The position numbers and the translations under genes are program-made. The notes beneath the pieces are model-generated. The model was not told the DNA's origin, ran no database searches, and was given only the letters and a program-made list of their open reading frames with translations. A stretch of DNA of 64,000 nucleotides from the human T2T-CHM13v2.0 reference genome, Homo sapiens. Each line of letters begins with the position of its first letter. The stretch's first letter is position 1. Shown in pieces: positions 42,709 through 62,646 of the stretch. The stretch lies in the NCBI RefSeq assembly GCF_009914755.1, contig NC_060948.1, one strand, 5' to 3'.

Positions 42709-44815
42709 AGATCCATATTTTGTAAATGAAAAAAAATTTCAAAGGTACTCTGCTTGGTACAATAATCAAATGTATAAACTGAGGAATAAAACATAACCAT
42801 GAAACCTACTTATAACTGCATATGGAAAATACAGAGGATAATTTTTTAAATAACATATTTTGAAAGCCTTAACTAGTAATTTGAAGAGTTGGCATTTGAA
42901 AGGCCAGTATGAATAAACCTTCAAAGCAGCAACACAGGTTCCCCATGAGAAAAAGCAAACACAGGGAAAATAAAAACACAAAGGTTCAATCTCTTCTGAC
43001 CTTTGAAAGACACAGCACAGACAGTGGTCCTTAGGACGAAGAGCAGGAGACCCCTAATTCCGTCACCATGGCGATAGGGCATAAACATTGCTGGGTGAGG
43101 GCACAATCCACATTGTGAGGTCCAACTGCTGCCAGGAAGACAGGAGTGCTTTTACATAGACCGAAAGGTCATTGAAGGCTCAGAGTTTTGTTTCAAGAAC
43201 TGAATCCCAAGCCCACACGTTATTAGGCTGCGCTTCTTAAAACAAGTTATGAGATGGGAAAAAGGGCACCCACAAACATACGTATACATTATGTATATAA
43301 TAATATACTGTATCATATATATAATATATATAACCTATGTATAATATTGTTTTACATCCTGCATCTTATGTTATATATATTGTATAAAATATAATAATTG
43401 ATAATATATAAGTTTTATAATTATACAATATGACATATAGTATATATTATAATTTATGACATATATAATATATGTTATATATCATATATAGAATATATTA
43501 TACGGTTAATATACGTATTAAATATAAATTATACCTTATATATATTATATATAATATATCTGTTATATATAATACCCATTATGCATAATATATATATTAT
43601 GTCTATGTTATATATAGTATAAAACAACATATTATAATATATAATTGTATATATAAAATGCGACATATAATATATATTATATTTTATAACATATGTAATA
43701 TATATTATATATTATATATAATACGTTGTATGTATAATACCTATATTAAATATATATTATATGACTATGTTATTAATTACATGTCACATGTGTTATATAT
43801 TATATATTTTACATAGAATATACCGGTTACATACAATATATACTATGTTACCTATAATGTATAATTTATTACATGTAAAATAAAGAATGCAATATATTAT
43901 GTATAATTTATAATATACAATATGTGGAATGTGACATATGTAACATATAATATATGATATATGATATACAGTATATGATATATAACATACAATATATGAT
44001 TCCTAATATATATGGTATACAATATATATTTTATGATATGTATTCTATATGTTTTATATTCTGTTATATATAACTATTTGAAATTATATATAACTGTATA
44101 ATATTTTATGTAAATATGTAATATAATATATATAACTATATAATATATTATATATAACTATATATTATGTTATATATACTTTTATAACATAATTTACATA
44201 AAATATCATAATATAATATATATTATATTATTTCATATTACATAATATATATTACATATCACCCAATATAACTAACATACATAATATTATAATATAGATT
44301 ATATTATGTTATATTAAATATCATATATATCATGTATCATATATTCTATAATATATATTACACATTATATAATATGTATGTTGTCTATTATGTGATATAT
44401 ATAACTCAATATATAATTATATTTTTATACATATAACTAGATAAACATGTAATTCTACATATTTTCATTTATAATATGTAGAATTATATAATCATATATA
44501 ATTATTTATATTCTATAAAAAATTTTATCATTATATAAATTATAATATATAAAAATTATAATATGTACTACAAATATATATATATTATATATCATATATG
44601 ATATAGTACCTTTGTTATATATCATAATACATATAAATGTGTATTATGTTATCTATAATTATATAATTTCATATATAAGATGTATAATATGTATCATATA
44701 TTATATATGTTATGTAATATATATAGTATATATAAGATGACACAGGATAAATATTATATACTATGACATATAAAATATATGAGGTTATATGTTACATATA
44801 AGGCATAGCACATAA

Positions 44816-45130
<315 letters not shown>

Positions 45131-47235
45131 AGATCCATATTTTGTAAATGAAAAAAAATTTCAAAGGTACTCTGCTTGGTACAATAATCAAATGTATAAA
45201 CTGAGGAATAAAACATAACCATGAAACCTACTTATAACTGCATATGGAAAATACAGAGGATAATTTTTTAAATAACATATTTTGAAAGCCTTAACTAGTA
45301 ATTTGAAGAGTTGGCATTTGAAAGGCCAGTATGAATAAACCTTCAAAGCAGCAACACAGGTTCCCCATGAGAAAAAGCAAACACAGGGAAAATAAAAACA
45401 CAAAGGTTCAATCTCTTCTGACCTTTGAAAGACACAGCACAGACAGTGGTCCTTAGGACGAAGAGCAGGAGACCCCTAATTCCGTCACCATGGCGATAGG
45501 GCATAAACATTGCTGGGTGAGGGCACAATCCACATTGTGAGGTCCAACTGCTGCCAGGAAGACAGGAGGGCTTTTACATAGACCGAAAGGTCATTGAAGG
45601 CTCAGAGTTTTGTTTCAAGAACTGAATCCCAAGCCCACACGTTATTAGGCTGCGCTTCTTAAAACAAGTTATGAGATGGGAAAAAGGGCACCCACAAACA
45701 TACGTATACATTATGTATATAATAATATACTGTATCATATATATAATATATATAACCTATGTATAATATTGTTTTACATCCTGCATCTTATGTTATATAT
45801 ATTGTATAAAATATAATAATTGATAATATATAAGTTTTATAATTATACAATATGACATATAGTATATATTATAATTTATGACATATATAATATATGTTAT
45901 ATATCATATATAGAATATATTATACGGTTAATATACGTATTAAATATAAATTATACCTTATATATATTATATATAATATATCTGTTATATATAATACCCA
46001 TTATGCATAATATATATATTATGTCTATGTTATATATAGTATAAAACAACATATTATAATATATAATTGTATATATAAAATGCGACATATAATATATATT
46101 ATATTTTATAACATATGTAATATATATTATATATTATATATAATACGTTGTATGTATAATACCTATATTAAATATATATTATATGACTATGTTATTAATT
46201 ACATGTCACATGTGTTATATATTATATATTTTACATAGAATATACCGGTTACATACAATATATACTATGTTACCTATAATGTATAATTTATTACATGTAA
46301 AATAAAGAATGCAATATATTATGTATAATTTATAATATACAATATGTGGAATGTGACATATGTAACATATAATATATGATATATGATATACAGTATATGA
46401 TATATAACATACAATATATGATTCCTAATATATATGGTATACAATATATATTTTATGATATGTATTCTATATGTTTTATATTCTGTTATATATAACTATT
46501 TGAAATTATATATAACTGTATAATATTTTATGTAAATATGTAATATAATATATATAACTATATAATATATTATATATAACTATATATTATGTTATATATA
46601 CTTTTATAACATAATTTACATAAAATATCATAATATAATATATATTATATTATTTCATATTACATAATATATATTACATATCACCCAATATAAATAACAT
46701 ACATAATATTATAATATAGATTATATTATGTTATATTAAATATCATATATATCATGTATCATATATTCTATAATATATATTACACATTATATAATATGTA
46801 TGTTGTCTATTACGTGATATATATAACTCAATATATAATTATATTTTTATACATATAACTAGATAAACATGTAATTCTACATATTTTCATTTATAATATG
46901 TAGAATTATATAATCATATATAATTATTTATATTCTATAAAAAATTTTATCATTATATAAATTATAATATATAAAAATTATAATATGTACTACAAATATA
47001 TATATTATATATCATATATGATATAGTACCTTTGTTATATATCATAATACATATAAATGTGTATTATGTTATCTATAATTATATAATTTCATATATAAGA
47101 TGTATAATATGTATCATATATTATATATGTTATGTAATATATATAGTATATATAAGATGACACAGGATAAATATTATATACTATGACATATAAAATATAT
47201 GAGGTTATATGTTACATATAAGGCATAGCACATAA

Positions 47236-47550
<315 letters not shown>

Positions 47551-49655
47551 AGATCCATATTTTTTAAATGAAAAAAAATTTCAAAGGTACTCTGCTTGGT
47601 ACAATAATCAAATGTATAAACTGAGGAATAAAACATAACCATGAAACCTACTTATAACTGCATATGGAAAATACAGAGGATAATTTTTTAAATAACATAT
47701 TTTGAAAGCCTTAACTAGTAATTTGAAGAGTTGGCATTTGAAAGGCCAGTATGAATATACCTTCAAAGCAGCAACACAGGTTCCCCATGAGAAAAAGCAA
47801 ACACAGGGAAAATAAAAACACAAAGGTTCAATCTCTTCTGACCTTTGAAAGACACAGCACAGACAGTGGTCCTTAGGACGAAGAGCAGGAGACCCCTAAT
47901 TCCGTCACCATGGCGATAGGGCATAAACATTGCTGGGTGAGGGCACAATCCACATTGTGAGGTCCAACTGCTGCCAGGAAGACAGGAGTGCTTTTACATA
48001 GACCGAAAGGTCATTGAAGGCTCAGAGTTTTGTTTCAAGAACTGAATCCCAAGCCCACACGTTATTAGGCTGCGCTTCTTAAAACAAGTTATGAGATGGG
48101 AAAAAGGGCACCCACAAACATACGTATACATTATGTATATAATAATATACAGTATCATATATATAATATATATAACCTATGTATAATATTGTTTTACATC
48201 CTGCATCTTATGTTATATATATTGTATAAAATATAATAATTGATAATATATAAGTTTTATAATTATACAATATGACATATAGTATATATTATAATTTATG
48301 ACATATATAATATATGTTATATGTCATATATAGAATATATTATACGGTTAATATACGTATTAAATATAAATTATACATTATATATATTATATATAATATA
48401 TCTGTTATATATAATACCCATTATGCATAATATATATATTATGTCTATGTTATATATAGTATAAAACAACATATAATAATATATAATTGTATATATAAAA
48501 TGCGACATATAATATATATTATATTTTATAACATATGTAATATATATTATATATTATATATAATACGTTGTATGTATAATACCTATATTAAATATATATT
48601 ATATGATTATGTTATTAATTACATGTCACATGTGTTATATATTATATATTTTACATAGAATATACCGGTTACATACAATATATACTATGTTACCTATAAT
48701 GTATAATTGATTACATGTAAAATAAAGAATGCAATATATTATGTAAAATTTATAATATACAATATGTGGAATGTGATATATGTAACATATAATATATGAT
48801 ATATGATATACAGTATATGATATATAACATACAATATATGATTCCTAATATATATGGTATACAATATATATTTTATGATATGTATTCTATATGTTTTATA
48901 TTCTGTTATATATAACTATTTGAAATTATATATAACTGTATAATATTTTATGTAAATATGTAATATAATATATATAACTATATAATATATTATATATAAC
49001 TATATATTATGTTATATATACTTTTATAACATAATTTACATAAAATATCATAATATAATATATATTATATTTTTTCATATTACATAATATATATTACATA
49101 TCACCCAATATAACTAACATACATAATATTATAATATAGATTATATTATGTTATATTAAATATCATATATATCATGTATCATATATTCTATAATATATAT
49201 TACACATTATATAATATGTATGTTGTCTATTATGTGATATATATAACTATATATATAATTATATTTTTATACATATAACTAGATAAACATGTAATTCTAC
49301 ATATTTTCATTTATAATATGTAGAATTATATAATCATATATAATTCTTTATATTCTATAAAAAATTTTATCATTATATAAATTATAATATATAAAAATTA
49401 TAATATGTACTACAAATATATATATTATATATCATATATGATATAGTACCTTTGTTATATATCATAATACATATAAATGTGTATTATGTTATCTATAATT
49501 ATATAATTTCATATATAAGTTGTATAATATGTATCATATATTATATATGTTATGTAATATATATAGTATATATAAGATGACACAGGATAAATATTATATA
49601 CTATGACATATAAAATATATGAGGTTATATGTTACATATAAGGCATAGCACATAA

Positions 49656-49970
<315 letters not shown>

Positions 49971-52075
49971 AGATCCATATTTTTTAAATGAAAAAAAATT
50001 TCAAAGGTGCTCTGCTTGGTACAATAATCAAATGTATAAACTGAGGAATAAAACATAACCATGAAACCTACTTATAACTGCATATGGAAAATACAGAGGA
50101 TAATTTTTTAAATAACATATTTTGAAAGCCTTAACTAGTAATTTGAAGAGTTGGCATTTGAAAGGCCAGTATGAATATACCTTCAAAGCAGCAACACAGG
50201 TTCCCCATGAGAAAAAGCAAACACAGGGAAAATAAAAACACAAAGGTTCAATCTCTTCTGACCTTTGAAAGACACAGCACAGACAGTGGTCCTTAGGACG
50301 AAGAGCAGGAGACCCCTAATTCCGTCACCATGGCGATAGGGCATAAACATTGCTGGGTGAGGGCACAATCCACATTGTGAGGTCCAACTGCTGCCAGGAA
50401 GACAGGAGTGCTTTTACATAGACCGAAAGGTCATTGAAGGCTCAGAGTTTTGTTTCAAGAACTGAATCCCAAGCCCACACGTTATTAGGCTGCGCTTCTT
50501 AAAACAAGTTATGAGATGGGAAAAAGGGCACCCACAAACATACGTATACATTATGTATATAATAATATACAGTATCATATATATAATATATATAACCTAT
50601 GTATAATATTGTTTTACATCCTGCATCTTATGTTATATATATTGTATAAAATATAATAATTGATAATATATAAGTTTTTTAATTATACAATATGACATAT
50701 AGTATATATTATAATTGATGACATATATAATATATGTTATATATCATATATAGAGTATATTATACGGTTAATATACGTAATAAATATAAATTATACCTTA
50801 TATATATTATATATAATATATCTGTTATATATAATACCCATTATGCATAATATATATATTATGTCTATGTTATATATAGTATAAAACAACATATAATAAT
50901 ATATAATTGTATATATAAAATGCGACATATAATATATATTATATTTTATAACATATGTAATATATATCATATATTATATATAATACGTTGTATGTATAAT
51001 ACCTATATTAAATATATATTATATGACTATGTTATTAATTACATGTCACATGTGTTATATATTATATATTTTACATAGAATATACCGGTTACATACAATA
51101 TATACTATGTTACCTATAATGTATAATTGATTACATGTAAAATAAAGAATGCAATATATTATGTATAATTTATAATATACAATATGTGGAATGTGACATA
51201 TGTAACATATAATATATGATATATGATATACAGTATATGATATATAACATACAATATATGATTCCTAATATATATGGTATACAATATATATTTTATGATA
51301 TGTATTCTATATGTTTTATATTCTGTTATATATAACTATTTGAAATTATATATAACTGTATAATATTTTATGTAAATATGTAATATAATATATATAACTA
51401 TATAATATATTATATATAACTATATATTATGTTATATATACTTTTATAACATAATTTACATAAAATATCATAATATAATATATATTATATTATTTCATAT
51501 TACATAATATATATTACATATCACCCAATATAACTAACATACATAATATTATAATATAGATTATATTATGTTATATTAAATATCATATATATCATGTATC
51601 ATATATTCTATAATATATATTACACATTATATAATATGTATGTTGTCTATTATGTGATATATATAACTATATATATAATTATATTTTTATACATATAACT
51701 AGATAAACATGTAATTCTACATATTTTCATTTGTAATATGTAGAATTATATAATCATATATAATTATTTATATTCTATAAAAAATTTTATCATTATATAA
51801 ATTATAATATATAAAAATTATAATATGTACTACAAATATATATATTATATATCATATATGATATAGTACCTTTGTTATATATCATAATACATATAAATGT
51901 GTATTATGTTATCTATAATTATATAATTTCATATATAAGATGTATAATATGTATCATATATTATATATGTTATGTAATATATATAGTATATATAAGATGA
52001 CACAGGATAAATATTATATACTATGACATATAAAATATATGAGGTTATATGTTACATATAAGGCATAGCACATAA

Positions 52076-52390
<315 letters not shown>

Positions 52391-54518
52391 AGATCCGTAT
52401 TTTTTAAATGAAAAAAAATTTCAAAGGTACTCTGCTTGGTACAATAATCAAATGTATAAACTGAGGAATAAAACATAACCATGAAACCTACTTATAACTG
52501 CATATGGAAAATACAGAGGATAATTTTTTAAATAACATATTTTGAAAGCCTTAACTAGTAATTTGAAGAGTTGGCATTTGAAAGGCCAGTATGAATATAC
52601 CTTCAAAGCAGCAACACAGGTTCCCCATGAGAAAAAGCAAACACAGGGAAAATAAAAACACAAAGGTTCAATCTCTTCTGACCTTTGAAAGACACAGCAC
52701 AGACAGTGGTCCTTAGGACGAAGAGCAGGAGACCCCTAATACCGTCACCATGGCGATAGGGCATAAACATTGCTGGGTGAGGGCACAATCCACATTGTGA
52801 GGTCCAACTGCTGCCAGGAAGACAGGAGTGCTTTTACATAGACCGAAAGGTCATTGAAGGCTCAGAGTTTTGTTTCAAGAACTGAATCCCAAGCCCACAC
52901 GTTATTAGGCTGCGCTTCTTAAAACAAGTTATGAGATGGGAAAAAGGGCACCCACAAACATACGTATACATTATGTATATAATAATATACAGTATCATAT
53001 ATATAATATATATAACCTATGTATAATATTGTTTTACATCCTGCATCTTATGTTATATATATTGTATAAAATATAATAATTGATAATATATAAGTTTTAT
53101 ATTTATACAATATGACATATAGTATATATTATAATTTATGACATATATAATATATGTTATATGTCATATATAGAATATATTATACGGTTAATATACGTAT
53201 TAAATATAAATTATACATTATATATATTATATATAATATATCTGTTATATATAATACCCATTATGCATAATATATATATTGTGTCTATGTTATATATAGT
53301 ATAAAACAACATATAATAATATATAATTGTATATATAAAATGCGACATATAATATATATTATATTTTATAACATATGTAATATATATTATATATTATATA
53401 TAATACGTTGTATGTATAATACCTATATTAAATATATATTATATGACTATGTTATTAATTACATGTCCCATGTGTTATATATTATATATTTTACATAGAA
53501 TATACCGGTTACATACAATATATACTATGTTACCTATAATGTATAATTGATTACATGTAAAATAAAGAATGCAATATATTATGTAAAATTTATAATATAC
53601 AATATGTGGAATGTGACATATGTAACATATAATATATGATATATGATATACAGTATATGATATATAACATACAATATATGATTCCTAATATATATGGTAT
53701 ACAATATATATTTTATGATATGTATTCTATATGTTTTATATTCTGTTATATATAACTATTTGAAATTATATATAACTGTATAATATTTTATGTAAATATG
53801 TAATATAATATATATAACTATATAATATATTATATATAACTATATATTATGTTATATATACTTTTATAACATAATTTACATAAAATATCATAATATAATA
53901 TATATTATATTATTTCATATTACATAATATATATTACATATCACCCAATATAACTAACATACATAATATTATAATATAGATTATATTATGTTATATTAAA
54001 TATCATATATATCATGTATCATATATTCTATAATATATATTACACATTATATAATATGTATGTTGTCTATTATGTGATATATATAACTATATATATAATT
54101 ATATTTTTATACATATAACTAGATAAACATGTAATTCTACATATTTTCATTTGTAATATGTAGAATTATATAATCATATATAATTATTTATATTCTATAA
54201 AAAATTTTATCATTATATAAATTATAATATATAAAAATTATAATATGTACTACATATATATATATTATATATCATATATGATATAGTACCTTTGTTATAT
54301 ATCATAATACATATACATGTGTATTATGTTATCTATAATTATATAATTTCATATATAAGATGTATAATATGTATCATATATTATATATGTTATGTAATAT
54401 ATATAGTATATATAAGATGACACAGGATAAATATTATATACTATGACATATAAAATATATGAGGTTATATGTTACATATAAGGCATAGCACATAACATGT
54501 AATATATATCATATATAA

Positions 54519-54810
54519 TTTTTTTTTAGACAGAATCTTGTCCTGTTGCACAGGGTGGGGTACAATGGCGCCATCTTTGCTCACTGCAACTTCTGCCTCA
54601 CGGTTCCAAGCGATTGTCCTCCCTCAGCCTCCCAGGTAGCTGGGACTACACCACACTGGGACTACACCAGCTGCCACCATGCCTTGCTAATTTTTTGGAT
54701 TTTTAGTAGTGACAGCGTTTCACTGTATTGGCCAGGATGGTCTTGATCTCTTCACCTTGTGATCCCCTTGCCTTGGCCTCCAAATTTGCTGGGATTACAG
54801 GCCTGAGCCA
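54519..54810 (-). mobile_element. Alu copy 23
   Basis: Same antisense Alu sequence; GCCTTGCT and CACGGTTCC variants. Confidence 0.95.
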
Positions 54811-56917
54811 AGATCCGTATTTTTTAAATGAAAAAAAATTTCAAAGGTACTCTGCTTGGTACAATAATCAAATGTATAAACTGAGGAATAAAACATAACC
54901 ATGAAACCTACTTATAACTGCATATGGAAAATACAGAGGATAATTTTTTAAATAACATATTTTGAAAGCCTTAACTAGTAATTTGAAGAGTTGGCATTTG
55001 AAAGGCCAGTATGAATATACCTTCAAAGCAGCAACACAGGTTCCCCATGAGAAAAAGCAAACACAGGGAAAATAAAAACACAAAGGTTCAATCTCTTCTG
55101 ACCTTTGAAAGACACAGCACAGACAGTGGTCCTTAGGACGAAGAGCAGGAGACCCCTAATTCCGTCACCATGGCGATAGGGCATAAACATTGCTGGGTGA
55201 GGGCACAATCCACATTGTGAGGTCCAACTGCTGCCAGGAAGACAGGAGTGCTTTTACATAGACCGAAAGGTCATTGAAGGCTCAGAGTTTTGTTTCAAGA
55301 ACTGAATCCCAAGCCCACACGTTATTAGGCTGCGCTTCTTAAAACAAGTTATGAGATGGGAAAAAGGGCACCCACAAACATACGTATACATTATGTATAT
55401 AATAATATACAGTATCATATATATAATATATATAACCTATGTATAATATTGTTTTACATCCTGCATCTTATGTTATATATATTGTATAAAATATAATAAT
55501 TGATAATATATAAGTTTTATAATTATACAATATGACATATAGTATATATTATAATTTATGACATATATAATATATGTTATATGTCATATATAGAATATAT
55601 TATACGGTTAATATACGTATTAAATATAAATTATACATTATATATATTATATATAATATATCTGTTATATATAATACCCATTATGCATAATATATATATT
55701 ATGTCTATGTTATATATAGTATAAAACAATATATAATAATATATAATTGTATATATAAAATGCGACATATAATATATATTATATTTTATAACATATGTAA
55801 TATATATCATATATTATATATAATACGTTTTATGTATAATACCTATATTAAATATATATTATATGACTATGTTATTAATTACATGTCACATGTGTTATAT
55901 ATTATATATTTTACATAGAATATACCGGTTACATACAATATATACTATGTTACCTATAATGTATAATTTATTACATGTAAAATAAAGAATGCAATATATT
56001 ATGTATAATTTATAATATACAATATGTGGAATGTGACATATGTAACATATAATATATGATATATGATATACAGTATATGATATATAACATACAATATATG
56101 ATTCCTAAAATATATGGTATACAATATATATTTTATGATATGTATTCTATATGTTTTATATTCTGTTATATATAACTATTTGAAATTATATATAACTGTA
56201 TAATATTTTATGTAAATATGTAATATAATATATATAACTATATAATATATTATATATAACTATATATTATGTTATATATACTTTTATAACATAATTTACA
56301 TAAAATATCATAATATAATATATATTATATTATTTCATATTACATAATATATATTACATATCACCCAATATAACTAACATACATAATATTATAATATAGA
56401 TTATATTATGTTATATTAAATATCATATATATCATGTATCATATATTCTATAATATATATTACACATTATATAATATGTATGTTGTCTATTATGTGATAT
56501 ATATAACTCAATATATAATTATATTTTTATACATATAACTAGATAAACATGTAATTCTACATATTTTCATTTGTAATATGTAGAATTATATAATCATATA
56601 TAATTATTTATATTCTATAAAAAATTTTATCATTATATAAATTATAATATATAAAAATTATAATATGTACTACAAATATATATATATTATATATCATATA
56701 TGATATAGTACCTTTGTTATATATCATAATACATATAAATGTGTATTATGTTATCTATAATTATATAATTTCATATATAAGATGTATAATATGTATCATA
56801 TATTATATATGTTATGTAATATATATAGTATATATAAGATGACACAGGATAAATATTATATACTATGACATATAAAATATATGAGGTTATATGTTACATA
56901 TAAGGCATAGCACATAA

Positions 56918-57232
<315 letters not shown>

Positions 57233-59362
57233 AGATCCGTATTTTTTAAATGAAAAAAAATTTCAAAGGTGCTCTGCTTGGTACAATAATCAAATGTATA
57301 AACTGAGGAATAAAACATAACCATGAAACCTACTTATAACTGCATATGGAAAATACAGAGGATAATTTTTTAAATAACATATTTTGAAAGCCTTAACTAG
57401 TAATTTGAAGAGTTGGCATTTGAAAGGCCAGTATGAATATACCTTCAAAGCAGCAACACAGGTTCCCCATGAGAAAAAGCAAACACAGGGAAAATAAAAA
57501 CACAAAGGTTCAATCTCTTCTGACCTTTGAAAGACACAGCACAGACAGTGGTCCTTAGGACGAAGAGCAGGAGACCCCTAATTCCGTCACCATGGCGATA
57601 GGGCATAAACATTGCTGGGTGAGGGCACAATCCACATTGTGAGGTCCAACTGCTGCCAGGAAGACAGGAGTGCTTTTACATAGACCGAAAGGTCATTGAA
57701 GGCTCAGAGTTTTGTTTCAAGAACTGAATCCCAAGCCCACACGTTATTAGGCTGCGCTTCTTAAAACAAGTTATGAGATGGGAAAAAGGGCACCCACAAA
57801 CATACGTATACATTATGTATATAATAATATACAGTATCATATATATAATATATATAACCTATGTATAATATTGTTTTACATCCTGCATCTTATGTTATAT
57901 ATATTGTATAAAATATAATAATTGATAATATATAAGTTTTATAATTATACAATATGACATATAGTATATATTATAATTTATGACATATATAATATATGTT
58001 ATATGTCATATATAGAATATATTATACGGTTAATATACGTATTAAATATAAATTATACATTATATATATTATATATAATATATCTGTTATATATAATACC
58101 CATTATGCATAATATATATATTATGTCTATGTTATATATAGTATAAAACAACATATAATAATATATAATTGTATATATAAAATGCGACATATAATATATA
58201 TTATATTTTATAACATATGTAATATATATTATATATTATATATAATACGTTGTATGTATAATACCTATATTAAATATATATTATATGACTATGTTATTAA
58301 TTACATGTCCCATGTGTTATATATTATATATTTTACATAGAATATACCGGTTACATACAATATATACTATGTTACCTATAATGTATAATTGATTACATGT
58401 GAAATAAAGAATGCAATATATTATGTAAAATTTATAATATACAATATGTGGAATGTGACATATGTAACATATAATATATGATATATGATATACAGTATAT
58501 GATATATAACATACAATATATGATTCCTAATATATATGGTATACAATATATATTTTATGATATGTATTCTATATGTTTTATATTCTGTTATATATAACTA
58601 TTTGAAATTATATATAACTGTATAATATTTTATGTAAATATGTAATATAATATATATAACTATATAATATATTATATATAACTATATATTATGTTATATA
58701 TACTTTTATAACATAATTTACATAAAATATCATAATATAATATATATTATATTATTTCATATTACATAATATATATTACATATCACCCAATATAACTAAC
58801 ATACATAATATTATAATATAGATTATATTATGTTATATTAAATATCATATATATCATGTATCATATATTCTATAATATATATTACACATTATATAATATG
58901 TATGTTGTCTATTATGTGATATATATAACTATATATATAATTATATTTTTATACATATAACTAGATAAACATGTAATTCTACATATTTTCATTTGTAATA
59001 TGTAGAATTATATAATCATATATAATTATTTATATTCTATAAAAAATTTTATCATTATATAAATTATAATATATAAAAATTATAATATGTACTACAAATA
59101 TATATATATTATATATCATATATGATATAGTACCTTTGTTATATATCATAATACATATAAATGTGTATTATGTTATCTATAATTATATAATTTCATATAT
59201 AAGATGTATAATATGTATCATATATTATATATGTTATGTAATATATATAGTATATATAAGATGACACAGGATAAATATTATATACTATGACATATAAAAT
59301 ATATGAGGTTATATGTTACATATAAGGCATAGCACATAACATGTAATATATATCATATATAA

Positions 59363-59654
59363 TTTTTTTTTAGACAGAATCTTGTCCTGTTGCACAGGGT
59401 GGGGTACAATGGCGCCATCTTTGCTCACTGCAACTTCTGCCTCACGGTTCCAAGCGATTGTCCTCCCTCAGCCTCCCAGGTAGCTGGGACTACACCACAC
59501 TGGGACTACACCAGCTGCCACCATGCCTTGCTAATTTTTTGGATTTTTAGTAGTGACAGCGTTTCACTGTATTGGCCAGGATGGTCTTGATCTCTTCACC
59601 TTGTGATCCCCTTGCCTTGGCCTCCAAATTTGCTGGGATTACAGGCCTGAGCCA
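59363..59654 (-). mobile_element. Alu copy 25
   Basis: Same antisense Alu sequence; GCCTTGCT and CACGGTTCC variants. Confidence 0.95.
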
Positions 59655-61761
59655 AGATCCGTATTTTTTAAATGAAAAAAAATTTCAAAGGTACTCTGCT
59701 TGGTACAATAATCAAATGTATAAACTGAGGAATAAAACATAACCATGAAACCTACTTATAACTGCATATGGAAAATACAGAGGATAATTTTTTAAATAAC
59801 ATATTTTGAAAGCCTTAACTAGTAATTTGAAGAGTTGGCATTTGAAAGGCCAGTATGAATATACCTTCAAAGCAGCAACACAGGTTCCCCATGAGAAAAA
59901 GCAAACACAGGGAAAATAAAAACACAAAGGTTCAATCTCTTCTGACCTTTGAAAGACACAGCACAGACAGTGGTCCTTAGGACGAAGAGCAGGAGACCCC
60001 TAATTCCGTCACCATGGCGATAGGGCATAAACATTGCTGGGTGAGGGCACAATCCACATTGTGAGGTCCAACTGCTGCCAGGAAGACAGGAGTGCTTTTA
60101 CATAGACCGAAAGGTCATTGAAGGCTCAGAGTTTTGTTTCAAGAACTGAATCCCAAGCCCACACGTTATTAGGCTGCGCTTCTTAAAACAAGTTATGAGA
60201 TGGGAAAAAGGGCACCCACAAACATACGTATACATTATGTATATAATAATATACAGTATCATATATATAATATATATAACCTATGTATAATATTGTTTTA
60301 CATCCTGCATCTTATGTTATATATATTGTATAAAATATAATAATTGATAATATATAAGTTTTATAATTATACAATATGACATATAGTATATATTATAATT
60401 TATGACATATATAATATATGTTATATGTCATATATAGAATATATTATACGGTTAATATACGTATTAAATATAAATTATACATTATATATATTATATATAA
60501 TATATCTGTTATATATAATACCCATTATGCATAATATATATATTATGTCTATGTTATATATAGTATAAAACAACATATAATAATATATAATTGTATATAT
60601 AAAATGCGACATATAATATATATTATATTTTATAACATATGTAATATATATCATATATTATATATAATACGTTGTATGTATAATACCTATATTAAATATA
60701 TATTATATGACTATGTTATTAATTATATGTCACATGTGTTATATATTATATATTTTACATAGAATATACCGGTTACATACAATATATACTATGTTACCTA
60801 TAATGTATAATTTATTACATGTAAAATAAAGAATGCAATATATTATGTATAATTTATAATATACAATATGTGGAATGTGACATATGTAACATATAATATA
60901 TGATATATGATATACACTATATGATATATAACATACAATATATGATTCCTAATATATATGGTATACAATATATATTTTATGATATGTATTCTATATGTTT
61001 TATATTCTGTTATATATAACTATTTGAAATTATATATAACTGTATAATATTTTATGTAAATATGTAATATAATATATATAACTATATAATATATTATATA
61101 TAACTATATATTATGTTATATATACTTTTATAACATAATTTACATAAAATATCATAATATAATATATATTATATTATTTCATATTACATAATATATATTA
61201 CATATCACCCAATATAACTAACATACATAATATTATAATATAGATTATATTATGTTATATTAAATATCATATATATCATGTATCATATATTCTATAATAT
61301 ATATTACACATTATATAATATGTATGTTGTCTATTATGTGATATATATAACTATATATATAATTATATTTTTATACATATAACTAGATAAACATGTAATT
61401 CTACATATTTTCTTTTGTAATATGTAGAATTATATAATCATATATAATTATTTATATTCTATAAAAAATTTTATCATTATATAAATTATAATATATAAAA
61501 ATTATAATATGTACTACAAATATATATATATTATATATCATATATGATATAGTACCTTTGTTATATATCATAATACATATAAATGTGTATTATGTTATCT
61601 ATAATTATATAATTTCATATATAAGATGTATAATATGTATCATATATTATATATGTTATGTAATATATATAGTATATATAAGATGACACAGGATAAATAT
61701 TATATACTATGACATATAAAATATATGAGGTTATATGTTACATATAAGGCATAGCACATAA

Positions 61762-62076
<315 letters not shown>

Positions 62077-62646
62077 AGATCCGTATTTTTTAAATGAAAA
62101 AAAATTTCAAAGGTGCTCTGCTTGGTACAATAATCAAATGTATAAACTGAGGAATAAAACATAACCATGAAACCTACTTATAACTGCATATGGAAAATAC
62201 AGAGGATAATTTTTTAAATAACATATTTTGAAAGCCTTAACTAGTAATTTGAAGAGTTGGCATTTGAAAGGCCAGTATGAATATACCTTCAAAGCAGCAA
62301 CACAGGTTCCCCATGAGAAAAAGCAAACACAGGGAAAATAAAAACACAAAGGTTCAATCTCTTCTGACCTTTGAAAGACACAGCACAGACAGTGGTCCTT
62401 AGGACGAAGAGCAGGAGACCCCTAATTCCGTCACCATGGCGATAGGGCATAAACATTGCTGGGTGAGGGCACAATCCACATTGTGAGGTCCAACTGCTGC
62501 CAGGAAGACAGGAGTGCTTTTACATAGACCGAAAGGTCATTGAAGGCTCAGAGTTTTGTTTCAAGAACTGAATCCCAAGCCCACACGTTATTAGGCTGCG
62601 CTTCTTAAAACAAGTTATGAGATGGGAAAAAGGGCACCCACAAACA